A DNA stretch of 62,012 nucleotides from an uncultured Candidatus Saccharibacteria bacterium (GTDB taxonomy: Bacteria > Patescibacteriota > CAZHWT01). Location of the stretch: the NCBI GenBank assembly GCA_964597145.1, contig CAZQWH010000005.1, forward strand, positions 1 through 62,012, given 5' to 3'. Below are positions 9,536 to 17,955 of the stretch, piece after piece. A program made the translations under genes and the position numbers. Every line of letters begins with the position of its first letter. Positions within the stretch are counted from its first letter, which is position 1. The notes below the pieces were generated by a model that was given only the letters and a program-made list of their open reading frames with translations, made no database searches and was not told the origin of the DNA.

Positions 9536-9738
9536 GTTGATGTGTAATGCAAAAGGATACAAAAAAGGCCGCTTCTCAGCGGCAAATGTATGTATCAATT
9601 ATACGAAATTTTGAGGAGCCTTGTCAAATTTTATCCAAAATGAAGCCAAAAATTTTATTGTTTTGACAGCAGTAATTTTATCTGGGATAAATTAAGCTAA
9701 AAATAGCGGTGTGATATACTTGCTGGCAACTTGACCAA

Positions 9739-10191
9739 TTGATCACAGAAGAAGGTGTTGAGATGAACATCGATTGGATACGTTTGGTTATGAGCGTACC
9801 CATTGCCTTGGCCATTGCCCATCTGCTGAGTATTACAACCTTTGCCAGAATCCAGGTCATTAATCAGCGGCAATTGCCGTTGTACCAACAGGCTGCTCGT
9901 CAAATTGGTTGCCGGATGTCTGTTCACCACACTTACGTCGGGCTGGCCAACATTCCGCTTAAGCCCAACCAGGTCTGTATTCGCTATCCACACCGATATC
10001 TTCTGGAAATGGAGAGATTGGTGAGAAGTATAGAAGCCGATAAAAGAAAGAAGCTTGTACAAAGTCGGCATCAAACACCTAACGTGTATTACCATCGTTC
10101 GCTTCTGACCCCTCTTGAACAATTAGAACTTTACAAGATGGATGGGAAAAGAAGGGAGCTAAAAAGACGGTACTGGCTACCAAATGAGTAA
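9739..10191 (+). CDS. hypothetical membrane-associated protein
   Basis: 150-aa ORF with one hydrophobic helix and a charged tail. Supported by a putative upstream promoter and a downstream terminator hairpin at 10221-10246. It competes with an antisense ORF. Confidence 0.35.
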   Translation: MITEEGVEMNIDWIRLVMSVPIALAIAHLLSITTFARIQVINQRQLPLYQQAARQIGCRMSVHHTYVGLANIPLKPNQVCIRYPHRYLLEMERLVRSIEADKRKKLVQSRHQTPNVYYHRSLLTPLEQLELYKMDGKRRELKRRYWLPNE

Positions 10192-10220
10192 GTCGAATAC
10201 ACCCAGAGTCTGCCCTACCA

Positions 10221-10246
10221 GCCCGCATGCTTCATGCGGGCTTTTA
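10221..10246 (+). terminator. rho-independent terminator
   Basis: GCCCGCAT-gcttc-ATGCGGGC followed by TTTTAA. Confidence 0.6.
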
Positions 10247-10316
10247 ATGTGCCTACAGGCAAAACCCACAATTAAATAGCTTGCCCCTTTTCTCTTTTCC
10301 CTGTACCCTTAATCGT

Positions 10317-10970
10317 ATGATACGAGGATTATTTTTTGGTAAGCGCATCACGAGCTCTCCCGCCTTATCGGGCATAAACCCGGCGATTAGAGCCTTTATT
10401 ATTTCTGAGGTATTATTTTGGTCAGCTTGGAATATTATTATTCCGATTTTCGCCGTATTTGTGGTGGCTCAAATACCGGGCGCTACCATTGCCCAGGCAG
10501 CCTATGGGTTCACCACCTATTTGCTCGTTCGAATGGTAGTGGAATTATGGGTAAGTCATAAGATAAATCATCTTAGTAATGCCCAGCGGGCTATCCTAGA
10601 CATGGTCGGTATGTTTATTATTAGTTTGGCTTATTTAGGCCTAGTATTGCATCCAACTTTAGACGCAATTTTTGGCTTTTATATTGCCTGTGGCATAGGC
10701 ATGGGCATAGCTGCCCCCGCCAAAAATTCTTTGTTCAGTCGCAGTTTAGAGCCAGGCACCGAGTCAGCCATGTGGGGCGTCTATGATGTTGCCATCCTAT
10801 CTGGTATGGCTGTGGCTACCTCTCTCGGAGGGTATGTGGCCAGTCAGTACGGGTTTAAGGTCATATTACTGGCTGCTTGTGTAGTAAATATCCTGGGCGT
10901 AATCCCGTACTTCTTCTTCATTCGTCACTGGCGCAACAACCGTCGCACCATGCAAGGTCTATCCCGATAA
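10317..10970 (+). CDS. integral membrane protein (MFS-half-like, about 6 TM)
   Basis: Highly hydrophobic ORF. The ATG at 10317 is preferred over the TTG at 10281. Confidence 0.5.
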   Translation: MIRGLFFGKRITSSPALSGINPAIRAFIISEVLFWSAWNIIIPIFAVFVVAQIPGATIAQAAYGFTTYLLVRMVVELWVSHKINHLSNAQRAILDMVGMFIISLAYLGLVLHPTLDAIFGFYIACGIGMGIAAPAKNSLFSRSLEPGTESAMWGVYDVAILSGMAVATSLGGYVASQYGFKVILLAACVVNILGVIPYFFFIRHWRNNRRTMQGLSR

Positions 10971-11074
10971 GTTGGGCAGATTATCTCAGATGTCAATTAC
11001 TATAAGCTTTACAGCTTGGTCGATTCCTGCTATAATCTAAAGGAAGTTCATCAGAAGTCAGGCAAGGAGGAGAA

Positions 11075-11446
11075 ATGGCCAATCGACTGCAAGATGAAAT
11101 TCGTCGTTCTCAATTGCCGATAGACCGAATGGCTTCGATTCAAGGTGAAGAGATTTTGCGATCGTATAAGCACGGCAAGTACTACTTCGACGAATTAACC
11201 GGCCTGTACTGGATGATCGAAAGGGAAAGCCCCACCGATTTTCTGGCTCGGTTATTTCAGGTTGGCAGCGACGACGTTATGGTTGTAGAACGAAAGCAGG
11301 GCCGTGTTCGCAGTTACAAACATGGCCAGGACCAAGTCCACCCACTCCAGTTGGGATCAGACTCGTCAGCATATAAACTTCTAGAGAGCAAGCTGAGGTA
11401 TCCTCAGTTGCTGACCCAGCCAGATCTATGGAAAAAGCTAGCATAA
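11075..11446 (+). CDS. hypothetical protein
   Basis: 123-aa ORF with an AAGGAGGAG RBS upstream and a strong terminator at 11463-11495. Confidence 0.45.
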   Translation: MANRLQDEIRRSQLPIDRMASIQGEEILRSYKHGKYYFDELTGLYWMIERESPTDFLARLFQVGSDDVMVVERKQGRVRSYKHGQDQVHPLQLGSDSSAYKLLESKLRYPQLLTQPDLWKKLA

Positions 11447-11462
11447 TCTGCTAGTCAATCAT

Positions 11463-11495
11463 CTGCCGTAATCCAATGGATTGCGGCAGTTTTTT
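11463..11495 (+). terminator. rho-independent terminator
   Basis: CTGCCGTAAT..ATTGCGGCAG stem followed by TTTTTT. Confidence 0.7.
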
Positions 11496-11502
11496 ATGTG
11501 TT

Positions 11503-11952
11503 TTATAGCTGATGAGGCAAGTCTAAGAGTTTCAAGCCAGTCTCGGTATCAATGGATTTAGACAATGTGGTGGTTGTATGGAGTATTAGCTCAAGAGTTC
11601 CAGAAACACGCAGTTCAACCACATGTCCACCCAGGCAATGCATCTCGGTATCAGAAAAAGTACCATGGGCATGAATAACCAGCCCTTCTCGATCAAGCGC
11701 AATCGTGCCGGTGAGATTTGTCACTTCTAGAGCCTGGTCAAACTTTTTAGAACTATATTTCTGCGTGTCAACGTTGTAATGCGCTAGTTCGGCCTGGTCT
11801 ACCGCGCCAATCCCATAGAAAAAACCGCCCTCAATCTGCTCGTGCTGGCAAAATTCTTCCAAAGATGGTATGACCTTTTCCCCACGAACTAAACGCAGAA
11901 CAAAGCGATCAGTAGCCAATTTCTCGTAAAACATAACTCTATTGTAGTACAT
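11503..11952 (-). CDS. PPC/DUF296 DNA-binding domain protein
   Basis: 149 aa. The pattern RLVRGEKVIPSLEEF..GIGAV..LTGTIAL..HAHGTFSD..GGHV is typical of the PCC/DUF296 fold. Confidence 0.55.
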   Translation of the reverse strand: MYYNRVMFYEKLATDRFVLRLVRGEKVIPSLEEFCQHEQIEGGFFYGIGAVDQAELAHYNVDTQKYSSKKFDQALEVTNLTGTIALDREGLVIHAHGTFSDTEMHCLGGHVVELRVSGTLELILHTTTTLSKSIDTETGLKLLDLPHQL

Positions 11953-11962
11953 AGGGTGGTGA

Positions 11963-12025
11963 GGTCAAAGAGCAAAGCTCAAAAGGCAAAACGCATTCAG
12001 GAATACAGAATACAGGATACAGGAT
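11963..12025. repeat. degenerate heptamer array including the conserved end motif AAAACGCATTCAGGAATAC
   Basis: GGTCAAA GAGCAAA GCTCAAA AGGCAAA ACGCATT CAGGAAT ACAGAAT ACAGGAT x2. Confidence 0.85.
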
Positions 12026-12045
12026 GCTGGAGAAGGTTAGCATAC

Positions 12046-12160
12046 GTCATTGCGAAGGAGTGGTAACGACTGCGGCAACCTGCCCGCCATGCTTACGCAG
12101 CTGTTGCAGGCGGGTCTTGGTGGGATCTAGCAGATCGCCACGGCGTAGCCTCGCGATGAC
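12046..12160. repeat. pair of GTCAT hairpin modules in opposite orientation
   Basis: GTCATTGCGAAGGAGTGGTAACGACTGCGGCAAC (12046-12079, +) and GATCGCCACGGCGTAGCCTCGCGATGAC (12133-12160, -). The same pair occurs at 20985-21058 without the middle insert. Confidence 0.8.
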
Positions 12161-12171
12161 GGGGAAGGGAA

Positions 12172-12209
12172 TTTGTAGATCGTAGATTGTATATCGTATT
12201 TTGTATATC
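12172..12209. repeat. heptamer array TTTGTAG ATCGTAG ATTGTAT ATCGTAT TTTGTAT
   Basis: Read directly. Lies immediately 5' of core copy 2. Confidence 0.8.
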
Positions 12210-12308
12210 GGAGGTTGGAGATTGGTTATGGGGTTGGTATTTTGTGATTCCTGTCCGCAAGGCTGGTTATGGCTTGCCTAGTGGACGGGGCTTGTTTATG
12301 ATTTGTTT
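12210..12308 (+). repeat. 99-nt conserved core, copy 2 (candidate sRNA or MITE core)
   Basis: GGAGGTTGGAGATTGGTTATGGGGTTGGTATTTTGTGATTCCTGTCCGCAAGGCTGGTTATGGCTTGCCTAGTGGACGGGGCTTGTTTATGATTTGTTT. Confidence 0.85.
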
Positions 12309-12380
12309 GCTGATTGTGAGTTTCTAATTTTTGTATTTAATCGTCCTGTAGTTTGATCCCCTGCCTCCTGTCTTTTGTAT

Positions 12381-12415
12381 CCCACATCCCGACACCCGAC
12401 ACCCGACCCCCGACC
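12381..12415. repeat. heptamer array CCCACAT CCCGACA x2 CCCGACC x2
   Basis: Read directly. Confidence 0.85.
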
Positions 12416-12423
12416 CCCTTCCC

Positions 12424-12460
12424 GTCATTCTGGAACGAAGCGCAGCGAAGAGATAGAATC
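12424..12460 (+). repeat. 37-nt hairpin module GTCATTCTGGAACGAAGCGCAGCGAAGAGATAGAATC
   Basis: Copies or variants occur at 27949-27985 (+), 34137-34173 (-), 45164-45200 (-), 55818-54 (-) and 50273-50300 (+, inside atpD). Confidence 0.9.
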
Positions 12461-12464
12461 CCTT

Positions 12465-12520
12465 CCAAAGTCCAAAGTCCAAAGTCCAAAGTCCAAAGTC
12501 CAAAGTCCAAAGTCCAAAGT
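12465..12520. repeat. heptamer tandem array (CCAAAGT)x8
   Basis: Eight perfect units, followed by TCCCC and a promoter-like site upstream of the PIF1-like helicase gene. Confidence 0.95.
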
Positions 12521-12560
12521 TCCCCTTGAACCTTACCCCTTAAACCTGTAACCTTGTAAC

Positions 12561-13829
12561 GTGACTCAGGAACAAGCTCTACAACTACTCAAACAAGGCA
12601 AAAACGTATTTTTAACCGGTCCAGCTGGCAGTGGCAAAACCTATGTCTTAAATAAATTCATCGACCATTTGCGGCAATCCAAAGTGGTGGTGGGAGTAAC
12701 GGCTTCCACCGGAATTGCCGCCACCCATTTGGGGGGCGTAACTATTCACTCCTGGTCCGGCATGGGAATTAAAGATGCGCTAAGCGACGAAGATGTAGTC
12801 GCATTACTGATGCGGCCCTATCTGCGCAAGCGGATTGTCACCGCTAGCGTGCTGATTATCGATGAGGTTTCCATGCTTCACGCCTATCAATTGGACTTGG
12901 TAAATAAAGTCTGCCAAGCCTTCCGCGAGTCCAGCTTGCCGTTTGGGGGATTACAAGTAGTATTATGCGGCGATCTCTTCCAACTACCTCCGGTGTCAAA
13001 AAATAGAACTGAGAGTTTTTTTGTCACTGCCTCCGATAGTTGGCAGCAGGCCGAGGTTGTAGTGTGTTATTTAGAAGAGCAATATCGGCAAACCGATAGT
13101 CAATTAGAATCAATTTTGAACGCCATCCGCTATAACGAGGTTGACGAAGACGTATTCTTAACCTTGCAGCAGCGGTTTAATGCCGATGTTTCCGGATTAG
13201 CCCAGCCAACGCGATTATATTCACACAATATCGACGTCGATGCCGTTAACGCCGACCAACTCAAACAAATCGACGGTGAGGCAAGGGTGTTTGACATGCG
13301 CTTAACCGGCCAACCCCAATTAATTCAATCGCTAGTGAATGGGTGCTTGGCCCCCCAGCGTCTAACGCTTAAAGTTGGAGCGCAGGTCATGTTTGTTAAA
13401 AATAATTTTGAGAAAGGGTATGTTAATGGCACCATTGGCCAAGTAGTCGATTGGGATGCCGATGGTTTACCAGTAGTAGAAACCTTAGACGGTCGACTGT
13501 TAGACTTGGAAATGGCCAGCTGGCAGGTCGAAGAAGAAGGCAAAGTCCGGGCCGAATTAACCCAAATTCCACTCCGCTTAGCCTGGGCCATCACTATTCA
13601 TAAAAGTCAGGGCATGAGCTTAGACGCCGCTGAAATCGATTTATCCAAAAGCTTTGTCCCAGGAATGGGCTATGTGGCATTATCCCGTGTTCGCACCCTA
13701 GACGGCCTACGGATTAAAGGCATAAATAACACCGCTCTCCGGATTAATGAATTTGTCTTGGAATTAGACCAACAACTCCGCCAGCAATCGCGAATAGCAG
13801 CCGAAGAGATCACTCTTCACCCCGTATAG
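12561..13829 (+). CDS. PIF1/RecD-like superfamily 1 DNA helicase
   Basis: 422 aa with a GTG start. Walker A GPAGSGKTY, Walker B LIIDEVSM, LCGDLFQLPPV, C-terminal ITIHKSQGMS and YVALSR. Confidence 0.75.
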   Translation: MTQEQALQLLKQGKNVFLTGPAGSGKTYVLNKFIDHLRQSKVVVGVTASTGIAATHLGGVTIHSWSGMGIKDALSDEDVVALLMRPYLRKRIVTASVLIIDEVSMLHAYQLDLVNKVCQAFRESSLPFGGLQVVLCGDLFQLPPVSKNRTESFFVTASDSWQQAEVVVCYLEEQYRQTDSQLESILNAIRYNEVDEDVFLTLQQRFNADVSGLAQPTRLYSHNIDVDAVNADQLKQIDGEARVFDMRLTGQPQLIQSLVNGCLAPQRLTLKVGAQVMFVKNNFEKGYVNGTIGQVVDWDADGLPVVETLDGRLLDLEMASWQVEEEGKVRAELTQIPLRLAWAITIHKSQGMSLDAAEIDLSKSFVPGMGYVALSRVRTLDGLRIKGINNTALRINEFVLELDQQLRQQSRIAAEEITLHPV

Positions 13830-13855
13830 CAATGGTACAGCTCCACAAATGTATT

Positions 13856-13900
13856 AAAAAGCCGTGCTCATGAAATGAGCACGGCTTTCGCTTTGTTTGG
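13856..13900. terminator. bidirectional rho-independent terminator between convergent genes
   Basis: AAAGCCGTGCTCAT-gaa-ATGAGCACGGCTTT, flanked by an A-run and T-rich sequence. Confidence 0.75.
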
Positions 13901-13907
13901 TGGTGGG

Positions 13908-14468
13908 TTAAACCACCGTCTCCCAATATGAGCTCCAGCTGTAAACGGTCTTGCCGCTACTACTGAGGCTAAGAGGGCTGAATCGACGCCGGAACCGCCG
14001 ACTACTCATTGTCACAATTTGATGTGCTCTTGCATCTGGAAACAGCAGATTGAGCTGCTGTCCTATCTCCGAGTCGTCGGTAAAATGTTGATAGGCTTTG
14101 GCATCGGCCTCACCTATTCCAACCAGCCCGCCGGTGCGACTGTTGACGAATTCGTTAAAGTCTCTGTCTGTGGCCGGGTCGCAATAATTATTGATGTACA
14201 GTGACAGCCGTGGTCTCTGAAACCTATCGCTATTGCGTATAGTAACAAAATCACGGCCGTACCGGTCACTATCCAGGTGAACCTCTCTACCCTTACGACT
14301 ACTGTAGAGGCCACTTGGTCCACCCCACTGCGAGAAACTATCCCGCAACGAGTATTCAAGGGTAGCGATCAGGCTCGCTGTCGCTGCAATGCCATACTGT
14401 TGCAGGTAGTCTGCGATAGCATGGGCCGCTTCAATTCGATCCGGCTTCTTAATTTGCCATCGTGCCAC
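13908..14468 (-). CDS. hypothetical protein
   Basis: 186-aa ORF that shares a bidirectional terminator with the convergent helicase gene. No recognisable motif. Confidence 0.45.
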   Translation of the reverse strand: MARWQIKKPDRIEAAHAIADYLQQYGIAATASLIATLEYSLRDSFSQWGGPSGLYSSRKGREVHLDSDRYGRDFVTIRNSDRFQRPRLSLYINNYCDPATDRDFNEFVNSRTGGLVGIGEADAKAYQHFTDDSEIGQQLNLLFPDARAHQIVTMSSRRFRRRFSPLSLSSSGKTVYSWSSYWETVV

Positions 14469-14655
14469 GTCATTTCTCCTACTCAGACGAACACAAATCG
14501 AGATTTCAGCAAGTATAGCATTAAAACAGTAAAATGTAAACTATAGGTTTAATACAAAGATGAAGAAGAGCTTCCAGTTGTAATAATCAGAGAATAGGGC
14601 GAATAACTCCATAAACAGCCAAGGTTATATGTAGGTGTAAAAACGCGCGTCTAAC

Positions 14656-14910
14656 TTAAGCGTCTTTTTTCGTGTGGGAGTGGTGGTAAGCGCGTTGCAT
14701 GCGCTGTTCTTTAGCTAAAATTGCCGCTTCACGCTTCTGCTCTTGTTTAGCTACGTCAGAATCAACCTTAGCCTGGCACTCAGCATCGGCGCAAATCATC
14801 AGAGTGTGTTTCACTCGCGAAGTGCCACTGATCGTTTCGATTTCTTCATCCCAGGTTTTTGCAATCACGCGGGGGGCGCCGCAGCGAGGGCATGGTATTG
14901 GTAGATCCAT
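14656..14910 (-). CDS. hypothetical zinc-ribbon protein
   Basis: 84 aa with CPRC..C..C cysteine pairs and a basic helical tail. Confidence 0.45.
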   Translation of the reverse strand: MDLPIPCPRCGAPRVIAKTWDEEIETISGTSRVKHTLMICADAECQAKVDSDVAKQEQKREAAILAKEQRMQRAYHHSHTKKDA

Positions 14911-14986
14911 ACGGCCTTCTTCCCGGCAGTTCTTATAGTCTAGAGCAAATTATATCACAGATAGCCAAGTTTGCCTAATCCATCAC

Positions 14987-16186
14987 TTACGGAGTGGGGA
15001 CAAAAGTTAACGCCACGCCAGTTTGGCCAGCACGACCGGTTCGGCCAATGCGATGGGTATAATCTTCGTACGTTTGGGGAATATCAAAATTGATGACATG
15101 GGTCACATTGGGAATATCCAGACCGCGAGCGGCCACATCGGTCGCAATTAAGGCCTGAATTCGATTGTCTTTAAACTGAGACAAAGCCTTAGCTCGCTGG
15201 GGTTGGGTTTTGTTACCATGAATAGCGGCCACTTTAACCCCTTCCCGCTCTAACTTTTGAGCAATTTTTTGCACCCCCCACTTGGTTCCGCCAAAAACCA
15301 GCACCTTGCTAAACTCTGGCCGATGCAGCATTTTACGTAGTTGGTCCATTTTATCATCCGGTGAAGTCACGAAAACCACATCCTGCTCCACATGCTCACT
15401 AGTTTCGCGCGTCCGCACCGAGACCGTAATCGGATCGGTTAAGAAGGTATGAGCCAAGGCGTCAATTTCTTTAGTCATAGTGGCCGAGAAGAATAGGGAT
15501 TGGCGCTGTTTGGGCATAGCATCCACCAAAAAGCGGATATCGCGAATAAAGCCCATATCCAGCATCCGGTCGACCTCATCTAATACCAGCACGTTCGTCC
15601 GACTAACGTCTAAATTTCGGCGTACAATTAGATCCTTCAGTCGGCCCGGCGTGCCAATCACAATGCGGGGATGTTTTTTTAACTGGGAAATTTGCTTGTA
15701 CATGCTTTGCCCACCAATACAAACAGCTGTTTTAATGTTGAGGCCCTGGGTAAAGGCGGCGCATTCCTCGTTAATTTGCAGTGCTAACTCGCGAGTGGGC
15801 ACGATAATCAAAGATTCTTCACGACTACCAGCTAAGATGCGGTTAATAATTGGCAATAAAAAGGTAGCGGTTTTACCCGTACCGGTATTAGCCAGACCAA
15901 TTAAATCGTGTCCAGCCATGACCGGCTTCATGGCCTGGTCTTGAATTGCAGTAGGGTGAATATAGCCCCGATTTTCCAAATTAGTAGTCAACTTAGATCC
16001 AAAGTCAAAGTCGGCAAACGTGTGTGTTGGCTGGTAAGCCGCAACCTGCTCTACCACCTGAGCCGCATTAATAAAGCGTTCAATATTAATTTGGCTACCA
16101 GCTTTTTGACGCTTAGGCCCCAAAGCACGAGCGGCCGCAGCATTTCTACCACGATGACGTGGGTTAGGTGAAAAACGATGTTTCAT
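14987..16186 (-). CDS. DEAD-box ATP-dependent RNA helicase
   Basis: 399 aa. Q-motif region, ANTGTGKTATF, PTRELA, TPGR, DEVD (DEAD variant), SAT, ARGLD, HRIGRTGRAG. Confidence 0.85.
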   Translation of the reverse strand: MKHRFSPNPRHRGRNAAAARALGPKRQKAGSQINIERFINAAQVVEQVAAYQPTHTFADFDFGSKLTTNLENRGYIHPTAIQDQAMKPVMAGHDLIGLANTGTGKTATFLLPIINRILAGSREESLIIVPTRELALQINEECAAFTQGLNIKTAVCIGGQSMYKQISQLKKHPRIVIGTPGRLKDLIVRRNLDVSRTNVLVLDEVDRMLDMGFIRDIRFLVDAMPKQRQSLFFSATMTKEIDALAHTFLTDPITVSVRTRETSEHVEQDVVFVTSPDDKMDQLRKMLHRPEFSKVLVFGGTKWGVQKIAQKLEREGVKVAAIHGNKTQPQRAKALSQFKDNRIQALIATDVAARGLDIPNVTHVINFDIPQTYEDYTHRIGRTGRAGQTGVALTFVPTP

Positions 16187-16394
16187 ATGATTATTAGTCT
16201 AAAGGGGAGTCGTTGGGTAATAGTAAATAATGGAAGTCGACTCTAGGTTAAACGACCGTAACTTCCTCGCTGACTGTCACTAATGATTAAATGGCAGACC
16301 AGCACATCTATTCACGACAACGAGAGGCCAGTATACCACAACTTTTTATTTATATCAACTATAGGTTATTTATGAGTAAATCACCAAGGACGTT

Positions 16395-16418
16395 TGTTAC
16401 GTAACATGTTACGTAACA
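16395..16418. repeat. tandem pair of the perfect 12-nt palindrome TGTTACGTAACA
   Basis: Read directly. A near-identical 24-mer occurs at 55791-55814. Confidence 0.9.
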
Positions 16419-16562
16419 AAGCCATTTTATCTGAGTAAAAAGTGATAAAGAATGGTTAAGAGGTAGGCAAAAATTCGGGTCAATGTCTGGACGAAGTTCC
16501 TATCGAGCCAGTAATTATGGCGTGATTTTGTCAATTGCCGCAATCTGTCATAATGCCTCTAT

Positions 16563-17102
16563 ATGAATACTAAGCCCTCCATAAAGCAAAGCATATTAAT
16601 TACAGGGATTGCGGGGTCAGGCAAGTCGACTCTTTGCACCAAACTGATTGAGCGAGGCTATGAAGCCTATGGAATAGAGGATGTTGAGGGTATGTTTGCC
16701 ATGTATCGCATAGGCACCAAAGAACTTTTTACGGACTTTGATAATGCTGACCCAGAAAAAATTAATAACTCTGAGTGGCTGTGCAATATTGAGAAGCTAG
16801 AATCTCTCATTGCCAGTCAGACAAGCAATCTCGCCTTTTATTGTGGTGTTGGTTCCAATATGGAAGAGATTATCCCACTTTTTGACCGGGTATTTTTATT
16901 AAAAGCCAATGCAGCTGCCATTCATAGACGTCTCTCAAACCGCGAAGGAACGGATGATATGGGTAACACAGAAGAAAGCCGTCAGGCGGTACTCGGCTGG
17001 AAAGACTGGTGGGAAAACGATATGGTAGAAAAGGGCGCAATAATTATTGATGCTCAGGGAGAGCCAGACGCTGTTATTAAAAAGCTTTTAGAAAAACTTT
17101 AA
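16563..17102 (+). CDS. P-loop NTPase / nucleoside-kinase-like protein
   Basis: 179 aa with Walker A GIAGSGKST near the N-terminus. Size and layout resemble small-molecule or nucleotide kinases. Confidence 0.5.
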   Translation: MNTKPSIKQSILITGIAGSGKSTLCTKLIERGYEAYGIEDVEGMFAMYRIGTKELFTDFDNADPEKINNSEWLCNIEKLESLIASQTSNLAFYCGVGSNMEEIIPLFDRVFLLKANAAAIHRRLSNREGTDDMGNTEESRQAVLGWKDWWENDMVEKGAIIIDAQGEPDAVIKKLLEKL

Positions 17103-17232
17103 GATGGTAGAAAAGGAAAAACGCTGGTGTGGATGGTTGGGCAACTATCGGATTTGAATAGAAGCAGAATAAAGAAAAAAGCGGCACCCCTATACTGGGG
17201 TGCCGTCGGTGTTAATCAGTAGCGTTGGTGTG

Positions 17233-17550
17233 TTACTGACTGGCTGTCATGGCAAAGGTGAGCCTTGGCGATGGAAATTTTTGAGCGTAGGTCGGCCCTT
17301 CGTATGTCACCTTCCAACCTACATCTCGGTATGCACCTTCAACATCAAGCCATCCTTTCTTGTAAACCTCTCGGGAGTCGACACCCACCTCCTTTAGCCG
17401 CTGAACGACATCGTGTTCATAAATTGTGGCTACCCGACCACTACCAATAGTCTCTAAGATGAGAGCATTGAACACCTCAAACACCACCTCTGGTATCTGC
17501 GAGGCTTTGTTGCTGGCTACTTCTTCCGGTGTAATTGGCCGCTTCAACAC
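17233..17550 (-). CDS. hypothetical protein
   Basis: 105-aa ORF with no motif. An overlapping antisense ORF is less protein-like. Confidence 0.4.
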   Translation of the reverse strand: MLKRPITPEEVASNKASQIPEVVFEVFNALILETIGSGRVATIYEHDVVQRLKEVGVDSREVYKKGWLDVEGAYRDVGWKVTYEGPTYAQKFPSPRLTFAMTASQ

Positions 17551-17955
17551 GACACCACCTCCTTGGGAGTTACGACAAAGTCTTCGTCAGTACTCTACAG
17601 AACCCACGCAGTATACCAAACTATAGGGTAGTAATCAAAGAACTTGGTATAAAACTCAAAGAGTAACCCTGAAAGGAGAGCTACGTACTCATATTATTCT
17701 GTACTTTTAATACGGGTTGTCCTACTCTAGCGCAGCATCTATTCTGACCATCTATAGAGATCCTCAATCAAGCTGAGAATGACAAAAAAGATTACACACC
17801 TGAACTAGCGGTGTAAGTCCGGTTAAAACTCAACGTTAGTTACGGATGCTTAAATAGAAATAAAGTTATCTAAGATAAAAGAGAAAATTGCATTGAGTCT
17901 AAGGTGGCGATAGTCAGGATGAATGACTCTGTGCCACTCATCCTGACAAAACATC

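Noticed and set aside
9697-10122. A minus-strand 141-aa ORF competes with the plus-strand ORF at 9739-10191.
   Set aside because: The plus-strand ORF has a promoter-like site upstream (TTGACA near 9664), a clean terminator downstream (10221-10246) and a more protein-like sequence. Even so, the plus-strand call is itself low confidence.
17551-17955. Long ORF-free spacers (17551-17955, 16187-16562 and 19237-19463) were scanned for tRNA, tmRNA, RNase P, SRP or riboswitch-like sequences.
   Set aside because: I saw no cloverleaf-compatible segments, no GGTTCGAATCC-type T-arms and no motifs I could recognise. There is only an isolated hairpin (GTCAGGATGA..TCATCCTGAC at 17913-17947), which belongs to the repeat style. 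A covariance-model scan is still needed.
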